Assembly: GCA_029246085.1 (NCBI GenBank)
Contig: JAQWOB010000003.1
Span: 7,608-71,607, forward strand
From: Gammaproteobacteria bacterium
GTDB lineage: Bacteria; Pseudomonadota; Gammaproteobacteria; GCA-002705445; GCA-002716945
Reading direction: 5' to 3'
DNA length: 64,000 bases
In this document: piece by piece, positions 18,742 to 28,783 of the stretch
Position numbering within the stretch: the first letter of the stretch is position 1
How the letters are laid out: every line of letters starts with the position of its first letter
Program-made: the position numbers and the translations under genes
Notes under the pieces: model-generated
Told to the model about the DNA's origin: nothing
The model's input: the letters and a program-made list of their open reading frames with translations, nothing else
Databases searched by the model: none

Positions 18742-19992
18742 ATGACCACAGTATATAACGACGACATATTATTTTTTGACGGCATAAATGTACTAGACTT
18801 AGCCTTATCAAACCAAACACCCTTCTATTTATATTCTGAAAAGATGATCACTAATAATTTTTTAGCATATCAAAAAAGTTTTAAAGATAATCCTCATTTA
18901 ATATGTTATTCGGTTAAAGCAAATTCTAATCTATCTATATTATCTTTATTAGCGGAACTTGGGTCAGGGTTTGATATTGTATCGGGTGGGGAGTTATCAA
19001 GAGTAATTCAGGCAGGAGGAGATCCTAGAAAAACTGTATTTTCTGGTGTTGGTAAAACTGAAGAAGAAATTAGATTTGCATTATCTAAGAATATTATGTG
19101 TTTTAATATTGAGTCTAGAGATGAGCTCCGCACAATAAATGCCATAGCCCTAGAAAAAAAATTATGCGCAAATGTTTCTATCCGCATAAACCCTGCTATT
19201 GATGTAGACACGCATCCTTACATTACTACTGGAATGCAAGATAATAAGTTTGGCATAGAACAGACAGAAATTTTAGATATATATAAGGAAGCTCACGAGT
19301 TAAAAGGAATTAATATAGTGGGTATAGATTTTCATATAGGATCACAAATCATGGATATAGGTCCTTTTAAAGAATCTGTTTTAAAAGTTATTGCCATAAT
19401 CAAGGAGTTACAAAGAAATAATATAAAGTTAAGCCATATAGATATTGGTGGAGGCCTAGGCATACCTTATGATAATGAGAAAACCCTAGATAAGAGTATT
19501 TTTATTTCTGAAATAGTTGATTTGTTAAAACCTCTGGCAACTACAATATTAATTGAGCCAGGCCGCTCCATAGTTGGAGAAGCGGGCTTATTAATCTCAA
19601 AAGTAATTAATACAAAAAAATCTACATCCAAAAATTTTATTATAGTTGATGCAGGGATGACTGATCTTTTAAGACCACCCTTGTATAGCGCATATCATTC
19701 AATTAAAGAAGTTTTTCATAATGATGCTAATAAGATAGTATCTGATGTTGTGGGCCCTGTATGTGAAACTGCAGATTTTATTGGTAAAGACAGAAACCTC
19801 TCGGTATCAAAAGGTGACTACATAGTAGTTGAATCTGTTGGTGCATATGGCTTTTCTCTTTCTTCTAATTATAACACTAGAATGAAATCAGCAGAATATC
19901 TGATTACTAAAGATAGCCAGCATATAAGAAAAATTAGGGATAGAGACACTATTGAGCAGATACTTGAAAATGAGACAAAATATTTATTATAA
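18742..19992 (+). CDS. lysA: Diaminopimelate decarboxylase.
   Basis: 416 aa, PLP fold-III decarboxylase (YSVKANSNLSIL, GGGLGIPY, EPGRSIVGEAG, CETAD). Confidence 0.93.
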   Translation: MTTVYNDDILFFDGINVLDLALSNQTPFYLYSEKMITNNFLAYQKSFKDNPHLICYSVKANSNLSILSLLAELGSGFDIVSGGELSRVIQAGGDPRKTVFSGVGKTEEEIRFALSKNIMCFNIESRDELRTINAIALEKKLCANVSIRINPAIDVDTHPYITTGMQDNKFGIEQTEILDIYKEAHELKGINIVGIDFHIGSQIMDIGPFKESVLKVIAIIKELQRNNIKLSHIDIGGGLGIPYDNEKTLDKSIFISEIVDLLKPLATTILIEPGRSIVGEAGLLISKVINTKKSTSKNFIIVDAGMTDLLRPPLYSAYHSIKEVFHNDANKIVSDVVGPVCETADFIGKDRNLSVSKGDYIVVESVGAYGFSLSSNYNTRMKSAEYLITKDSQHIRKIRDRDTIEQILENETKYLL

Positions 19993-20012
19993 ACATATGT
20001 TGAGAAGATAAA

Positions 20013-20906
20013 ATGCAAGTCCCTTTTACAAAAATGAATAGCCAGGGGAATGATTTTGTTGTGATTGACAATACTGGCTCGCTTTATCAGTTTGATAATA
20101 AAAAGATTCGTTCAATTTGTTCACGAGATATTATTGGTTGTGATCAGCTTTTATTGTTAAATATAAAAGACTCAAACAATGTTGCTTGTGAAATTTTCAA
20201 TCAAGATGGCTCGTCAGCACAACAATGCGGAAATGGGATGAGAGCAATCATGCTTTTCTTGAATAGAAAGTATAATTTTTTTGATTCTAAGATATTTGTG
20301 AATTTAGTGCCATATAATGTCAGCTTTATTAGTGAAAAAGAAATAAAGGTTAGTATGGGAAATGCCGTGTTTTTTGAAAATATTCCTAATCGTATATCTG
20401 AAAATATTTCAATTAGCGCAAAGGAATACTATTATGAAGTTTCAGTAAATAGTGAAATGCCATCTTGGTCCTTCTCATACTCTCACTTATCTATAGGAAA
20501 TGCTCACTGCATCGTCTTCTCTAAAAACTCTTTTGATAATAAAGAAAAAATTTCTGATATTCTTAATTCTCTATATGATAGCAATGTTAATATATCATTT
20601 ATTTTAAATACAGAAGAATTTGTGAAAGAACATGATAGCTCGATTATTTTGCGTGTAAATGAGCGCGGCGCAGGATGGACAAAATCTTGTGGTAGTGGAG
20701 CCACTGCGACAGGTGCATTTATTTCACGGTTTATGTTATTGCCAGAAAATGGGTCTAAAAAAATTAGTGAGTTAGATATAAGTCAAGAAGGAGGAGAGCT
20801 AAAGATACAAAATATTTTTATGACAGATGTAGATGGCAAGTATTCTCCTAGCCTCTATCTTTATGGCCCAAGTACATTTGAATATGATGGCGTATGGAAT
20901 GACTGA
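20013..20906 (+). CDS. dapF: Diaminopimelate epimerase.
   Basis: 297 aa. N-terminal FTKMNSQGNDFVVID and two catalytic Cys regions (QQCGNGMRA, KSCGSGATA). Confidence 0.93.
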   Translation: MQVPFTKMNSQGNDFVVIDNTGSLYQFDNKKIRSICSRDIIGCDQLLLLNIKDSNNVACEIFNQDGSSAQQCGNGMRAIMLFLNRKYNFFDSKIFVNLVPYNVSFISEKEIKVSMGNAVFFENIPNRISENISISAKEYYYEVSVNSEMPSWSFSYSHLSIGNAHCIVFSKNSFDNKEKISDILNSLYDSNVNISFILNTEEFVKEHDSSIILRVNERGAGWTKSCGSGATATGAFISRFMLLPENGSKKISELDISQEGGELKIQNIFMTDVDGKYSPSLYLYGPSTFEYDGVWND

Positions 20907-21801
20907 TATTGCTGATAAAATTCAAGATTTTCTTGTTTATTTAAAATACGAAAAACAATATAGTAGCGCAACCTTAAAGAACTATAATCTTGATTTAATA
21001 AAATTCAAAACATACCTTTTGGGCTTGGATATTTTTATGATATCTGAAATAACAAATGATCATATTCAAAATTATATAAATAAATTAAATCGTGCTGGAT
21101 TGATAGCCACATCTCTTTCCAGAAAAACTTCTTCTATTCGTTCATTTTTTAATTTCATGATTAAGAAAAGAATAATTAAAAGCAACCCATCAAAAAAACT
21201 AACTGTTCCTAAGAAGCTACAAAAACTCCCATACATCTTATCTGTTAAACAAGTTGATTTATTATGTGATATTCCTTTAACATCATTTGCCTCCATAAGA
21301 GACAAGGCAATGATTGAATTAATGTATGGTTCAGGCTTGAGACTTAGTGAAATAACATCTTTGGATACTCAATCAGTTAGCCTAAATGACAAAATGCTCT
21401 CAGTTATAGGGAAAGGTAACAAGCAGAGATATTTGCCTATAGGATCCAAGGCAATTATAGCATTATTAGCTTGGGTGAAAATACGTTCAAAGCATGCAAA
21501 GGCCCAAGAAAAAGCATTTTTCTTAAATAAGTTTGGTGGCAGGTTATCTAACAGGTCAGTTCAGATTAGACTTGATTACTGGTGTAAGTCCCTTGGCTTA
21601 AACTGTAAAATTAGCCCACATACATTAAGGCATTCCTGCGCAACTCATTTACTTGAGTCTTCAGGTGACCTGCGTGCAGTTCAAGAGTTTTTAGGTCATG
21701 AAGATATTAGTACAACCCAAATCTACACTAATGTTAATTTTGAATATTTAAAGAATATATATATTAAGGCACACCCAAGAGCTAAAGAGATTAAAGATTA
21801 G
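20899..21801 (+). CDS. xerC: Tyrosine recombinase XerC.
   Basis: C-terminal catalytic region RHSCATHLLESSGDLRAVQEFLGHEDISTTQIYTNV. Start chosen at ATGACTGA, overlapping the dapF stop (MTDIADKIQDFLVYL...). The longest ORF begins at 20833, but that would add a 22-aa N-terminal extension overlapping dapF. Confidence 0.85.
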   Translation: MTDIADKIQDFLVYLKYEKQYSSATLKNYNLDLIKFKTYLLGLDIFMISEITNDHIQNYINKLNRAGLIATSLSRKTSSIRSFFNFMIKKRIIKSNPSKKLTVPKKLQKLPYILSVKQVDLLCDIPLTSFASIRDKAMIELMYGSGLRLSEITSLDTQSVSLNDKMLSVIGKGNKQRYLPIGSKAIIALLAWVKIRSKHAKAQEKAFFLNKFGGRLSNRSVQIRLDYWCKSLGLNCKISPHTLRHSCATHLLESSGDLRAVQEFLGHEDISTTQIYTNVNFEYLKNIYIKAHPRAKEIKD

Positions 21802-21854
21802 TTTCTAATATAATAGTCAGTGAAATAGTAACAATAAAAATATATACTTAGTTC

Positions 21855-22211
21855 ATGATTAAACCTTTAGAAATTAGATATATCAAAAAAACAAATACAG
21901 TAGCACTAAGTTTTGAAGACGGGATAAGTGCTGACCTAACCACAGAATACCTTAGATGCTTTTCGCCTTCAGCTGAAGTAAAAGGGCATGGTCCAGGACA
22001 AGAGGTGCTACAAAAAGGCAAAGAAAACGTTTATATAGACGCAATTGAACCAGTAGGAAATTATGCTATTAAAATTATATTTGATGATGGGCATAGTACA
22101 GGCCTTTTTTCATGGGAATATTTATATGATCTCTCAATAAACTACAAACCTTACTGGCATGATTATTTAGAAAAATTAGCTGAATCAGGATATGTTAGGA
22201 AGAAGCCATGA
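21855..22211 (+). CDS. DUF971 family protein (gamma-butyrobetaine hydroxylase-like N-terminal domain).
   Basis: 118 aa with the YLRCFSPSAEVKGHG motif typical of DUF971. Confidence 0.65.
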   Translation: MIKPLEIRYIKKTNTVALSFEDGISADLTTEYLRCFSPSAEVKGHGPGQEVLQKGKENVYIDAIEPVGNYAIKIIFDDGHSTGLFSWEYLYDLSINYKPYWHDYLEKLAESGYVRKKP

Positions 22212-22600
22212 GCAAAATAAAATCTATAAGTACCATTAATGCTCCAGCAGCTTTAGGCCCATACAGTCAAGCTATAAGAGCTGGTGGATTTATTTATATT
22301 TCAGGTCAGATTCCACTTGTGCCAGAAACTATGGAGATAGTGTCTAGTGACTTTAATAAACAAGCAACGCAGGTTTTTAATAACTTAAAAGCAATTATTG
22401 AAGAATCTGGAGCTAGCATTTCCAGTACTGTTAAAATAAATGTATATCTGAAAGATTTATCAAATTTTCAGAAAGTAAACAGTATTATGGAAGAATTTTT
22501 TACAGAAAAACCATTTCCTGCTAGAGCAGCAGTTGAAGTTAGTAGACTGCCAAAAGATGTTGATATTGAGATGGATGCAGTTGTATTTGATGATGATTAG
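22208..22600 (+). CDS. ridA: RidA/YjgF family reactive-intermediate deaminase.
   Basis: 130 aa with APAALGPYSQAI...ISGQIPL...PARAAVEVSRLP, matching the RidA signature. Confidence 0.85.
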   Translation: MSKIKSISTINAPAALGPYSQAIRAGGFIYISGQIPLVPETMEIVSSDFNKQATQVFNNLKAIIEESGASISSTVKINVYLKDLSNFQKVNSIMEEFFTEKPFPARAAVEVSRLPKDVDIEMDAVVFDDD

Positions 22601-22605
22601 TTTAA

Positions 22606-24681
22606 ATGGCTATTACAAAAAGATTAGATGATAGAGACTTAGAAGGATTGCCTGGTATTGGCCCTGCCACTAAAACACAACTGAATAAAATTGGTATTAA
22701 TAGAATCAGCGACCTGATTTTATTTCTTCCAACTTTTTTAATTGATAAAACTAAATTATCTGATATATCTTCTGTTTCTAATGGGGACAGTTGTCTCTTT
22801 ATAGGTAGAATTGTTAAAGTATTTCAAACAAGAAATTATAAACCAAATTTAATATTAACAATTGACATAGGTGGCGCAAATATTCAAATAAGATTTTTAC
22901 ATAAAGTTATTATTTATTCTGGTTTAAAAACTAATATGGAGGTACGTATTTCAGGAGTAGTACGAATTAAGGGAAAATTAGTTGAAATGATTCATCCCGA
23001 AGTTGAAATTATTAGTAATAAAAAGAAAATTGAAAATGTGGTGCCTTATTATAAAACTAAAAAAATGGTATCACAAAATAAAATTAGATCATTTATTAAA
23101 CATGCATATGATTATGTATGTAGTAAAAATAACTCAGATATTTTTTCTAACGAAATTTTAGAAAATCTTGAAATACCCTACTATATAGATGCGCTAAAAT
23201 ATTGCCATTTCCCGTCTTCTGATGACTATGATATATCAAATACTAATTTTGAACTAGGAAGACAAAGATTTGTTATAGAAGAACTTCTCGCTTATAAGTT
23301 ATTACTTTTAGATGCAAAAAAAATTTATGAATCAAATAAGTCCCATGATTTTAATATTTCTGAAGATGCCATTAATGACTTTATCGCATCTTTGCCCTTT
23401 GCTTTAACAGCATCACAAAAAAATGCAATATCTGATATCAAAAATAGTTTTTTAAAAAGTTATCCTACTAAAAGACTTATACAGGGTGATGTTGGGTCAG
23501 GAAAGACTATAATTGCAATAATAGCCTCATATTTTTCTAAACTGTCAAATCTTCAGACAGGAATTCTAGTGCCAACTGAAATTCTCGCAGACCAGCATAC
23601 AAATACTTTTAAAAAAATATTTTCAGGTTTTTCAGTAAAGATAGAGTGTCTAAAAAGTAATTTAACACCACGCGAAAAGTCTAGAATTATTGAATCTGTT
23701 CAGTCAGGTGATACTGATATATTAATTGGTACACACTCTATAATTCAAGATAATGTTCGTTTTCTTAATTTAGGGCTTATAATAGTTGATGAACAGCACA
23801 AGTTCGGAATCAATCAACGAACATTACTTACTCTAAAGAACAGTGAAAATCCATCAATCCCACATGAACTATATTTATCGGCTACACCTATTCCTAGATC
23901 ATTATCATTGGTTTTATATGAAGGGCTAGATTATACAATAATTAACGAATCCCCAAAGAATAGAAAAACTATTAAAACTCAGATGATTGATCATGATAAG
24001 CGTTCAATGCTTCATGATAATATTTCTAAAATATTACATGATAAAGAACAAGTCTATTGGGTTTGTTCTTGTATTGATTATACTGAGTCATCAGAAAGTG
24101 AATATGTTCAAGGAGTCTATGAAGATTTATCTAATAGATTTGCAACCACTTCAATTGGCATGCTTCATGGTAGAGTGGACTCAAAAGAGAACATTAAAAC
24201 TATGAAAAAATTTGTTAGTGGTGAAATTCAAATATTAGTTTGCACAACTATGATTGAAGTTGGTGTAGATGTCGCTAATGCAACATGTATAGTTATTGAA
24301 GACCCTAATAGATTTGGACTTTCACAACTACATCAGCTCAGAGGAAGAGTGGGAAGGAGTGACAAACAAAGTTATTGTTATCTTGTTTGTAAAAATAATT
24401 TAAGCGATCATGCGCTAGATAGGTTAAAAGCATTAGAATTAAACTCAAGTGGGTTTAAGATTGCAGAGGAAGATCTAAAGCTTAGAGGCTCAGGAGACTA
24501 CTTAGGGCATAAACAGTCAGGAGCTAACCATAATTTTAAATTAGCTACACCTGATGATGCGTTAAATAATTACGACCTCGTACGTGAATCCATGAACTGT
24601 GTCGATAAAATTGATGAGGAAAGCAAAAACAAATTAATTAAGCGATGGGGAAAAGATTCGGCAGAAACGATTCAGTTGTAG
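22606..24681 (+). CDS. recG: ATP-dependent DNA helicase RecG.
   Basis: 691 aa. N-terminal wedge/OB domain and SF2 helicase motifs (GDVGSGKTIIA, DEQHKFG, HQLRGRVGR). Confidence 0.93.
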   Translation: MAITKRLDDRDLEGLPGIGPATKTQLNKIGINRISDLILFLPTFLIDKTKLSDISSVSNGDSCLFIGRIVKVFQTRNYKPNLILTIDIGGANIQIRFLHKVIIYSGLKTNMEVRISGVVRIKGKLVEMIHPEVEIISNKKKIENVVPYYKTKKMVSQNKIRSFIKHAYDYVCSKNNSDIFSNEILENLEIPYYIDALKYCHFPSSDDYDISNTNFELGRQRFVIEELLAYKLLLLDAKKIYESNKSHDFNISEDAINDFIASLPFALTASQKNAISDIKNSFLKSYPTKRLIQGDVGSGKTIIAIIASYFSKLSNLQTGILVPTEILADQHTNTFKKIFSGFSVKIECLKSNLTPREKSRIIESVQSGDTDILIGTHSIIQDNVRFLNLGLIIVDEQHKFGINQRTLLTLKNSENPSIPHELYLSATPIPRSLSLVLYEGLDYTIINESPKNRKTIKTQMIDHDKRSMLHDNISKILHDKEQVYWVCSCIDYTESSESEYVQGVYEDLSNRFATTSIGMLHGRVDSKENIKTMKKFVSGEIQILVCTTMIEVGVDVANATCIVIEDPNRFGLSQLHQLRGRVGRSDKQSYCYLVCKNNLSDHALDRLKALELNSSGFKIAEEDLKLRGSGDYLGHKQSGANHNFKLATPDDALNNYDLVRESMNCVDKIDEESKNKLIKRWGKDSAETIQL

Positions 24682-24684
24682 ATT

Positions 24685-25215
24685 ATGACAAATCAATATT
24701 TATCTAAATGGAAAAATGAAAAAAAGTTAATTAGCTTAAGTCTTAAAACCAAACTAAGTATTATAGATCAAAATTCATTAACAAATAGATTAATGTATAA
24801 AGATAAACATGGATTTACGGTTAATGTTCTAAATCAAGAGTGTAGATATTTTAACCAATCAATGAAATGTAATTTGCCGAATAAAGTGAGAGGAATTGGA
24901 GTTTATAGAAAAGTTATTTTATCTACAAATTGCTATCCAAAAATTGAAGCTTACACATTTATGTTAATTAAACATGTTTCTGGGAAAGAGAGGTTTTTAA
25001 AAATTTTAGGCTCGAGATCTCTTGGCACATATATACTGAACCCTAAACGTTTTAAAAAAAAATCTATAGTATATAAAAGAGTAGGTAGGAGCATACATAG
25101 AATTTCAATATATAATTATCGATACAAAAATATTTATCTTAATGAAATATTTCCAGATACTATAGAATTTGAAAACATATCATATTTAAATGCTAGAGGA
25201 AAGTTCACTAAATGA
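24685..25215 (+). CDS. ubiC: Probable chorismate-pyruvate lyase (UbiC-like).
   Basis: 176 aa. Co-linear similarity to E. coli UbiC by eye (SLTNRLM vs SMTKRFE, LGSRSLGTYIL vs LGKTPLGRYLF, C-terminal EIFP vs ELFLP). Similarity is weak. Confidence 0.5.
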   Translation: MTNQYLSKWKNEKKLISLSLKTKLSIIDQNSLTNRLMYKDKHGFTVNVLNQECRYFNQSMKCNLPNKVRGIGVYRKVILSTNCYPKIEAYTFMLIKHVSGKERFLKILGSRSLGTYILNPKRFKKKSIVYKRVGRSIHRISIYNYRYKNIYLNEIFPDTIEFENISYLNARGKFTK

Positions 25216-25836
25216 TTTCACTATTAATGGAGATAATGGGCTAGTAAATTTTTTATTATCAGATATATATACAAAATTATTTAGCCCTGCATGATAAGCT
25301 GAATTAATATTGTCAAAAGTGTCTTCAACTAGAACTGAATATTTATAGTCTAGCTTTAATCTTAGTCTTAAAATATGCCAAAACTGTATATCTTCTTTGA
25401 CATAGCCTAACTCATGGGAACAAACCATCTCACTAAAATATTTTGAAATATCAAACTTTTTTAATTTAATATTTAAAGTAATGCGGTGCGCATTTGTAAT
25501 TAAAAATAATTCTTTCCCTTGAGATTTAAGCTTATCTAAAATATCTAGCGATCCATCTTTCAGACATATTCTGTCCATATTTGTTTCTTTTTCTTTTTCT
25601 TTCGCGATATCTATATCAAGAATATTAGACCAGTAAGTTATATCATACCAATCTTTAGTCTTTTTTTTATAATGAAAAAGAGAATGGGTAAAATTAATTG
25701 CATCAGAAAGAGCGATATTGTTTTTTTCGGCATAAACTTTTGGTATATATTCTTGCCAAAAAAAATTATCATATTTGGTGTCTAAAATTACCCCATCAAG
25801 GTCTATTAGAAAATACTTGTTATCTTTCAATTCCAT
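25186..25836 (-). CDS. HAD-superfamily hydrolase.
   Basis: 216 aa with N-terminal motif I (LIDLDGVILDT) and a C-terminal HAD-like region. Could be YrfG-like. Confidence 0.7.
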   Translation of the reverse strand: MELKDNKYFLIDLDGVILDTKYDNFFWQEYIPKVYAEKNNIALSDAINFTHSLFHYKKKTKDWYDITYWSNILDIDIAKEKEKETNMDRICLKDGSLDILDKLKSQGKELFLITNAHRITLNIKLKKFDISKYFSEMVCSHELGYVKEDIQFWHILRLRLKLDYKYSVLVEDTFDNINSAYHAGLNNFVYISDNKKFTSPLSPLIVKSFSELSSSI

Positions 25837-25884
25837 AATAATTACTGTATCATTGTTTGAGTAAATATAAGAACTTATCTTACA

Positions 25885-26424
25885 ATGCCTACCATAAAAA
25901 ATAAATCAACCATCATAACCACGAAACTATTTAAGCTTAATAAGCTGAATATTGAGTTTAGTAATAAAGCAACAAGAGATTATGAGGTAATATCTGGAAC
26001 AGGAAATGGGGCAGTTATGATTATCCCTATTTTAGGTGATGATATATTATTTATTAGAGAGTATGCAGCCGGGATAGATGATTATTCACTTACCTTCCCA
26101 AAGGGTAAAATTGATGATGGCGAGTCTATACTTGTTGCAGCAAATCGTGAGTTACAAGAAGAGGTAGGATATAAGTCTGAGAAAATTAAAAAAATTTATA
26201 CTTTAGATTTAGCGCCGGGCTACATGAATCATAAGACGCATATTGTTCTTGCTGAAAACCTAGTACCTTCTAAACTTGAGGGAGATGAACCTGAAGATCT
26301 TGAGGTTATAGAATGTAAGAAGAATGATATAAATAAACTATTATTTGAAAATAATAATATAGACTCGCGTGTACTTGCTTCACTATATGTATATAACCAG
26401 GTTATAAATGATAATAAACCATAA
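25885..26424 (+). CDS. Nudix hydrolase (NudE/ADP-ribose pyrophosphatase-like).
   Basis: 179 aa with the Nudix box GKIDDGESILVAANRELQEEVGY. Confidence 0.8.
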   Translation: MPTIKNKSTIITTKLFKLNKLNIEFSNKATRDYEVISGTGNGAVMIIPILGDDILFIREYAAGIDDYSLTFPKGKIDDGESILVAANRELQEEVGYKSEKIKKIYTLDLAPGYMNHKTHIVLAENLVPSKLEGDEPEDLEVIECKKNDINKLLFENNNIDSRVLASLYVYNQVINDNKP

Positions 26425-27220
26425 AAAATTTTTAGAGTTATTACCGTCACTCCATGAGATTTGTAAGATAACTGGTGAACTTCAAGTTAAGCATCATAAG
26501 ACGAATATAATTTTTTCTACTAAAAGTAATAAAACGCCAGTTACTGAAGTAGATATACAGTCCAGTTTAATTATAACTAATGGCTTAAAAAGTTTGACGC
26601 CTGGAATACCTATAGTTTCTGAAGAAGATTATGATGATACCCTGGCATATGATTATTTTTGGTTAGTTGATCCACTAGATGGAACTAGAGACTATATTAA
26701 TAATGGTAATAATTTTTGTATTTGCATTTCACTTATATCTGATAATTTGCCTATTTTAGGTATTATATATTCTCCAATATCTAAAGATTTTTATTATTCA
26801 TTTAAGGATGGTGGCGCATTTGTTTTAAAAGAAAATTCAGAGCCTAAGAAAATTACTGCTCAAAAAATGTCTAATACTAATCCTAATAAAATTTTTACTA
26901 GTGCATCTATAAGAGAAAGAGTATTAGAAGTACTAGCTGGCTCTATTGTTAATTATGAGTTTATTAAACAATCAAGCGCTTTAAAATTTGGAAACATTGC
27001 TTCTGGAGAAGGATGTTTTTATCCCAGGCTTGGACCGACGCATGAGTGGGATACAGCAGCAGGTCAAATCTTGGTTGAAGAAGCTGGCGGTATTGTGGTT
27101 GATAAGTTTATGAAACCACTTCGATATAATAAAAATAAAATATTTATTAATAAAGAGTTTTTTGTAATTAGTGATCCAGATTATGATTGGGAATCTGTTA
27201 TTAATGAGATTTTTCAGTAA
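26408..27220 (+). CDS. cysQ: 3'(2'),5'-bisphosphate nucleotidase CysQ (inositol monophosphatase family).
   Basis: 270 aa with WLVDPLDGTRDYI and EWDTAAGQILVEEAGG motifs. Confidence 0.85.
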   Translation: MIINHKKFLELLPSLHEICKITGELQVKHHKTNIIFSTKSNKTPVTEVDIQSSLIITNGLKSLTPGIPIVSEEDYDDTLAYDYFWLVDPLDGTRDYINNGNNFCICISLISDNLPILGIIYSPISKDFYYSFKDGGAFVLKENSEPKKITAQKMSNTNPNKIFTSASIRERVLEVLAGSIVNYEFIKQSSALKFGNIASGEGCFYPRLGPTHEWDTAAGQILVEEAGGIVVDKFMKPLRYNKNKIFINKEFFVISDPDYDWESVINEIFQ

Positions 27221-27379
27221 TTATTTTTGCAAGCTCAAAAGCTTTTTTATTAATTTTTCTGAGTAGCTGGTATTTCCCTAATTTCCCCTTATTCCATGTT
27301 GTTAGAGAGGATTCGTAGTTTTTTAGCAGTTTCTTGATAGGTTTTTCTTTCATTAGTTTCGATTACATTTTATGATATC

Positions 27380-28126
27380 ATGGATTACAAATTATTAACT
27401 ATGTTTAAATTATTATTCGAAAAAATATCGCCTAAGAAATTTTATTATTTTGCGACCTCTTTAATTCCATGGGCATTCCTATTCTCAGTAATATTTATAG
27501 GTTATGGATTATATTTAGGACTATTTAGGGCACCAACTGATTATCAACAAGGCGATGCGTTTAGAATCATCTACGTTCATGTGCCTAGTGCTTGGTTATC
27601 ATTATTTGCCTATACATCTGTATTTATATGTTCACTAATATCTATTATATGGAAGATAAAAGTGTTTGAAGTTTTATCTATTGCTTCTGCTAAAAATGGT
27701 GCCATGTTTACTTTTCTCGCTCTTGTAACAGGTTCTATTTGGGGTAAGCCAATGTGGGGAACATGGTGGGTTTGGGACGCGAGATTAACTTCAGAACTAA
27801 TATTGTTTTTTATATATTTGTCTATTATTTTTTTATACCATGCTTATGATGATTATAGAAAGGGTGCCAAGGCAGCCAATATTCTTGCTATTGTTGGTTT
27901 TATCAACATCCCTATTATTCATTTCTCTGTAGAATGGTGGAATACTTTGCATCAAGGACCATCTGTTATGAAGTTTAGTTCCCCCTCAATTGCTTCAGAA
28001 ATGTTATATCCATTAATTTATACCGCGGCAGGCTTCACATTTTATTTTATATTGGCTGTGCTTTTGTCTGCAAGAAACACATTATTAGAGAGAGAAAAAA
28101 ATACTAGTTGGGCCAAATCAATCTAG
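27380..28126 (+). CDS. ccmC: Haem exporter protein C (cytochrome c maturation) CcmC.
   Basis: 248 aa. W-rich haem-handling motif WGKPMWGTWWVWDARLTSELILFFIY. Co-linear with E. coli CcmC along its whole length. Confidence 0.93.
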   Translation: MDYKLLTMFKLLFEKISPKKFYYFATSLIPWAFLFSVIFIGYGLYLGLFRAPTDYQQGDAFRIIYVHVPSAWLSLFAYTSVFICSLISIIWKIKVFEVLSIASAKNGAMFTFLALVTGSIWGKPMWGTWWVWDARLTSELILFFIYLSIIFLYHAYDDYRKGAKAANILAIVGFINIPIIHFSVEWWNTLHQGPSVMKFSSPSIASEMLYPLIYTAAGFTFYFILAVLLSARNTLLEREKNTSWAKSI

Positions 28127-28783
28127 ACTTATCTTTAGAGCCTTGCTACATGCCAATGGTGTAATCAATAAAAAAATAAAGAATAAAAATAGCATTAAAG
28201 TGAGCTCGACACTATAGTTCATTTTAAAAAAAGAATTGTTAACAGCGCTAGTACCAAATATTAGTATCGGTATATATAATGGTAAGACTATTATAGAAAC
28301 TAATATTTTATTCTTTCTAAGACTTATAGTTAATGCGGCAGCAATGGATCCTATCAAACTCATCGTAGGAGTTCCTATTAATAATGTTATAAACAAAGTT
28401 AACGTCGTCGTTGTATCAAGGCCAAGAACCATGGCTATCAAAGGAGCAACTATCACAATAGGTAAATTAGATAATAACCAATGAGATAAAATTTTTATTA
28501 ATATACCAAATTCAATTTCATCATCTTTTATTAAAAACATTTCCAAAGTTCCGTCATCATAATCTTCTTTAAATATTGTCTCTAAATTTAAAATACAAAT
28601 TAAAAGACAAGAGATCCAAATCATTAAGGGTAATAGTTCTAACATAATTACTTTTTCTACATAGCTAGTAGATATATTAAAAAAAATAATTATGATAAGA
28701 AAATATACTATAGGCATGAATATTTCATATCCAGATCTTGAGGCTAGCAAAAACTCTTTAGTTATGATATTTAATATTTTCAT
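28118..28783 (-). CDS. ccmB: Haem exporter protein B CcmB.
   Basis: 221 aa polytopic membrane protein lying immediately downstream of ccmA, with a CcmB-like N-terminus. Confidence 0.85.
   Translation of the reverse strand: MKILNIITKEFLLASRSGYEIFMPIVYFLIIIIFFNISTSYVEKVIMLELLPLMIWISCLLICILNLETIFKEDYDDGTLEMFLIKDDEIEFGILIKILSHWLLSNLPIVIVAPLIAMVLGLDTTTTLTLFITLLIGTPTMSLIGSIAAALTISLRKNKILVSIIVLPLYIPILIFGTSAVNNSFFKMNYSVELTLMLFLFFIFLLITPLACSKALKISLD

Noticed and set aside
27229-27252. AAGCTcaaaAGCTT followed by TTTTTTATT after cysQ, as a possible terminator.
   Set aside because: The stem is only 5 bp and AT/GC-poor, too weak to call confidently. ccmC may well be co-transcribed with cysQ.
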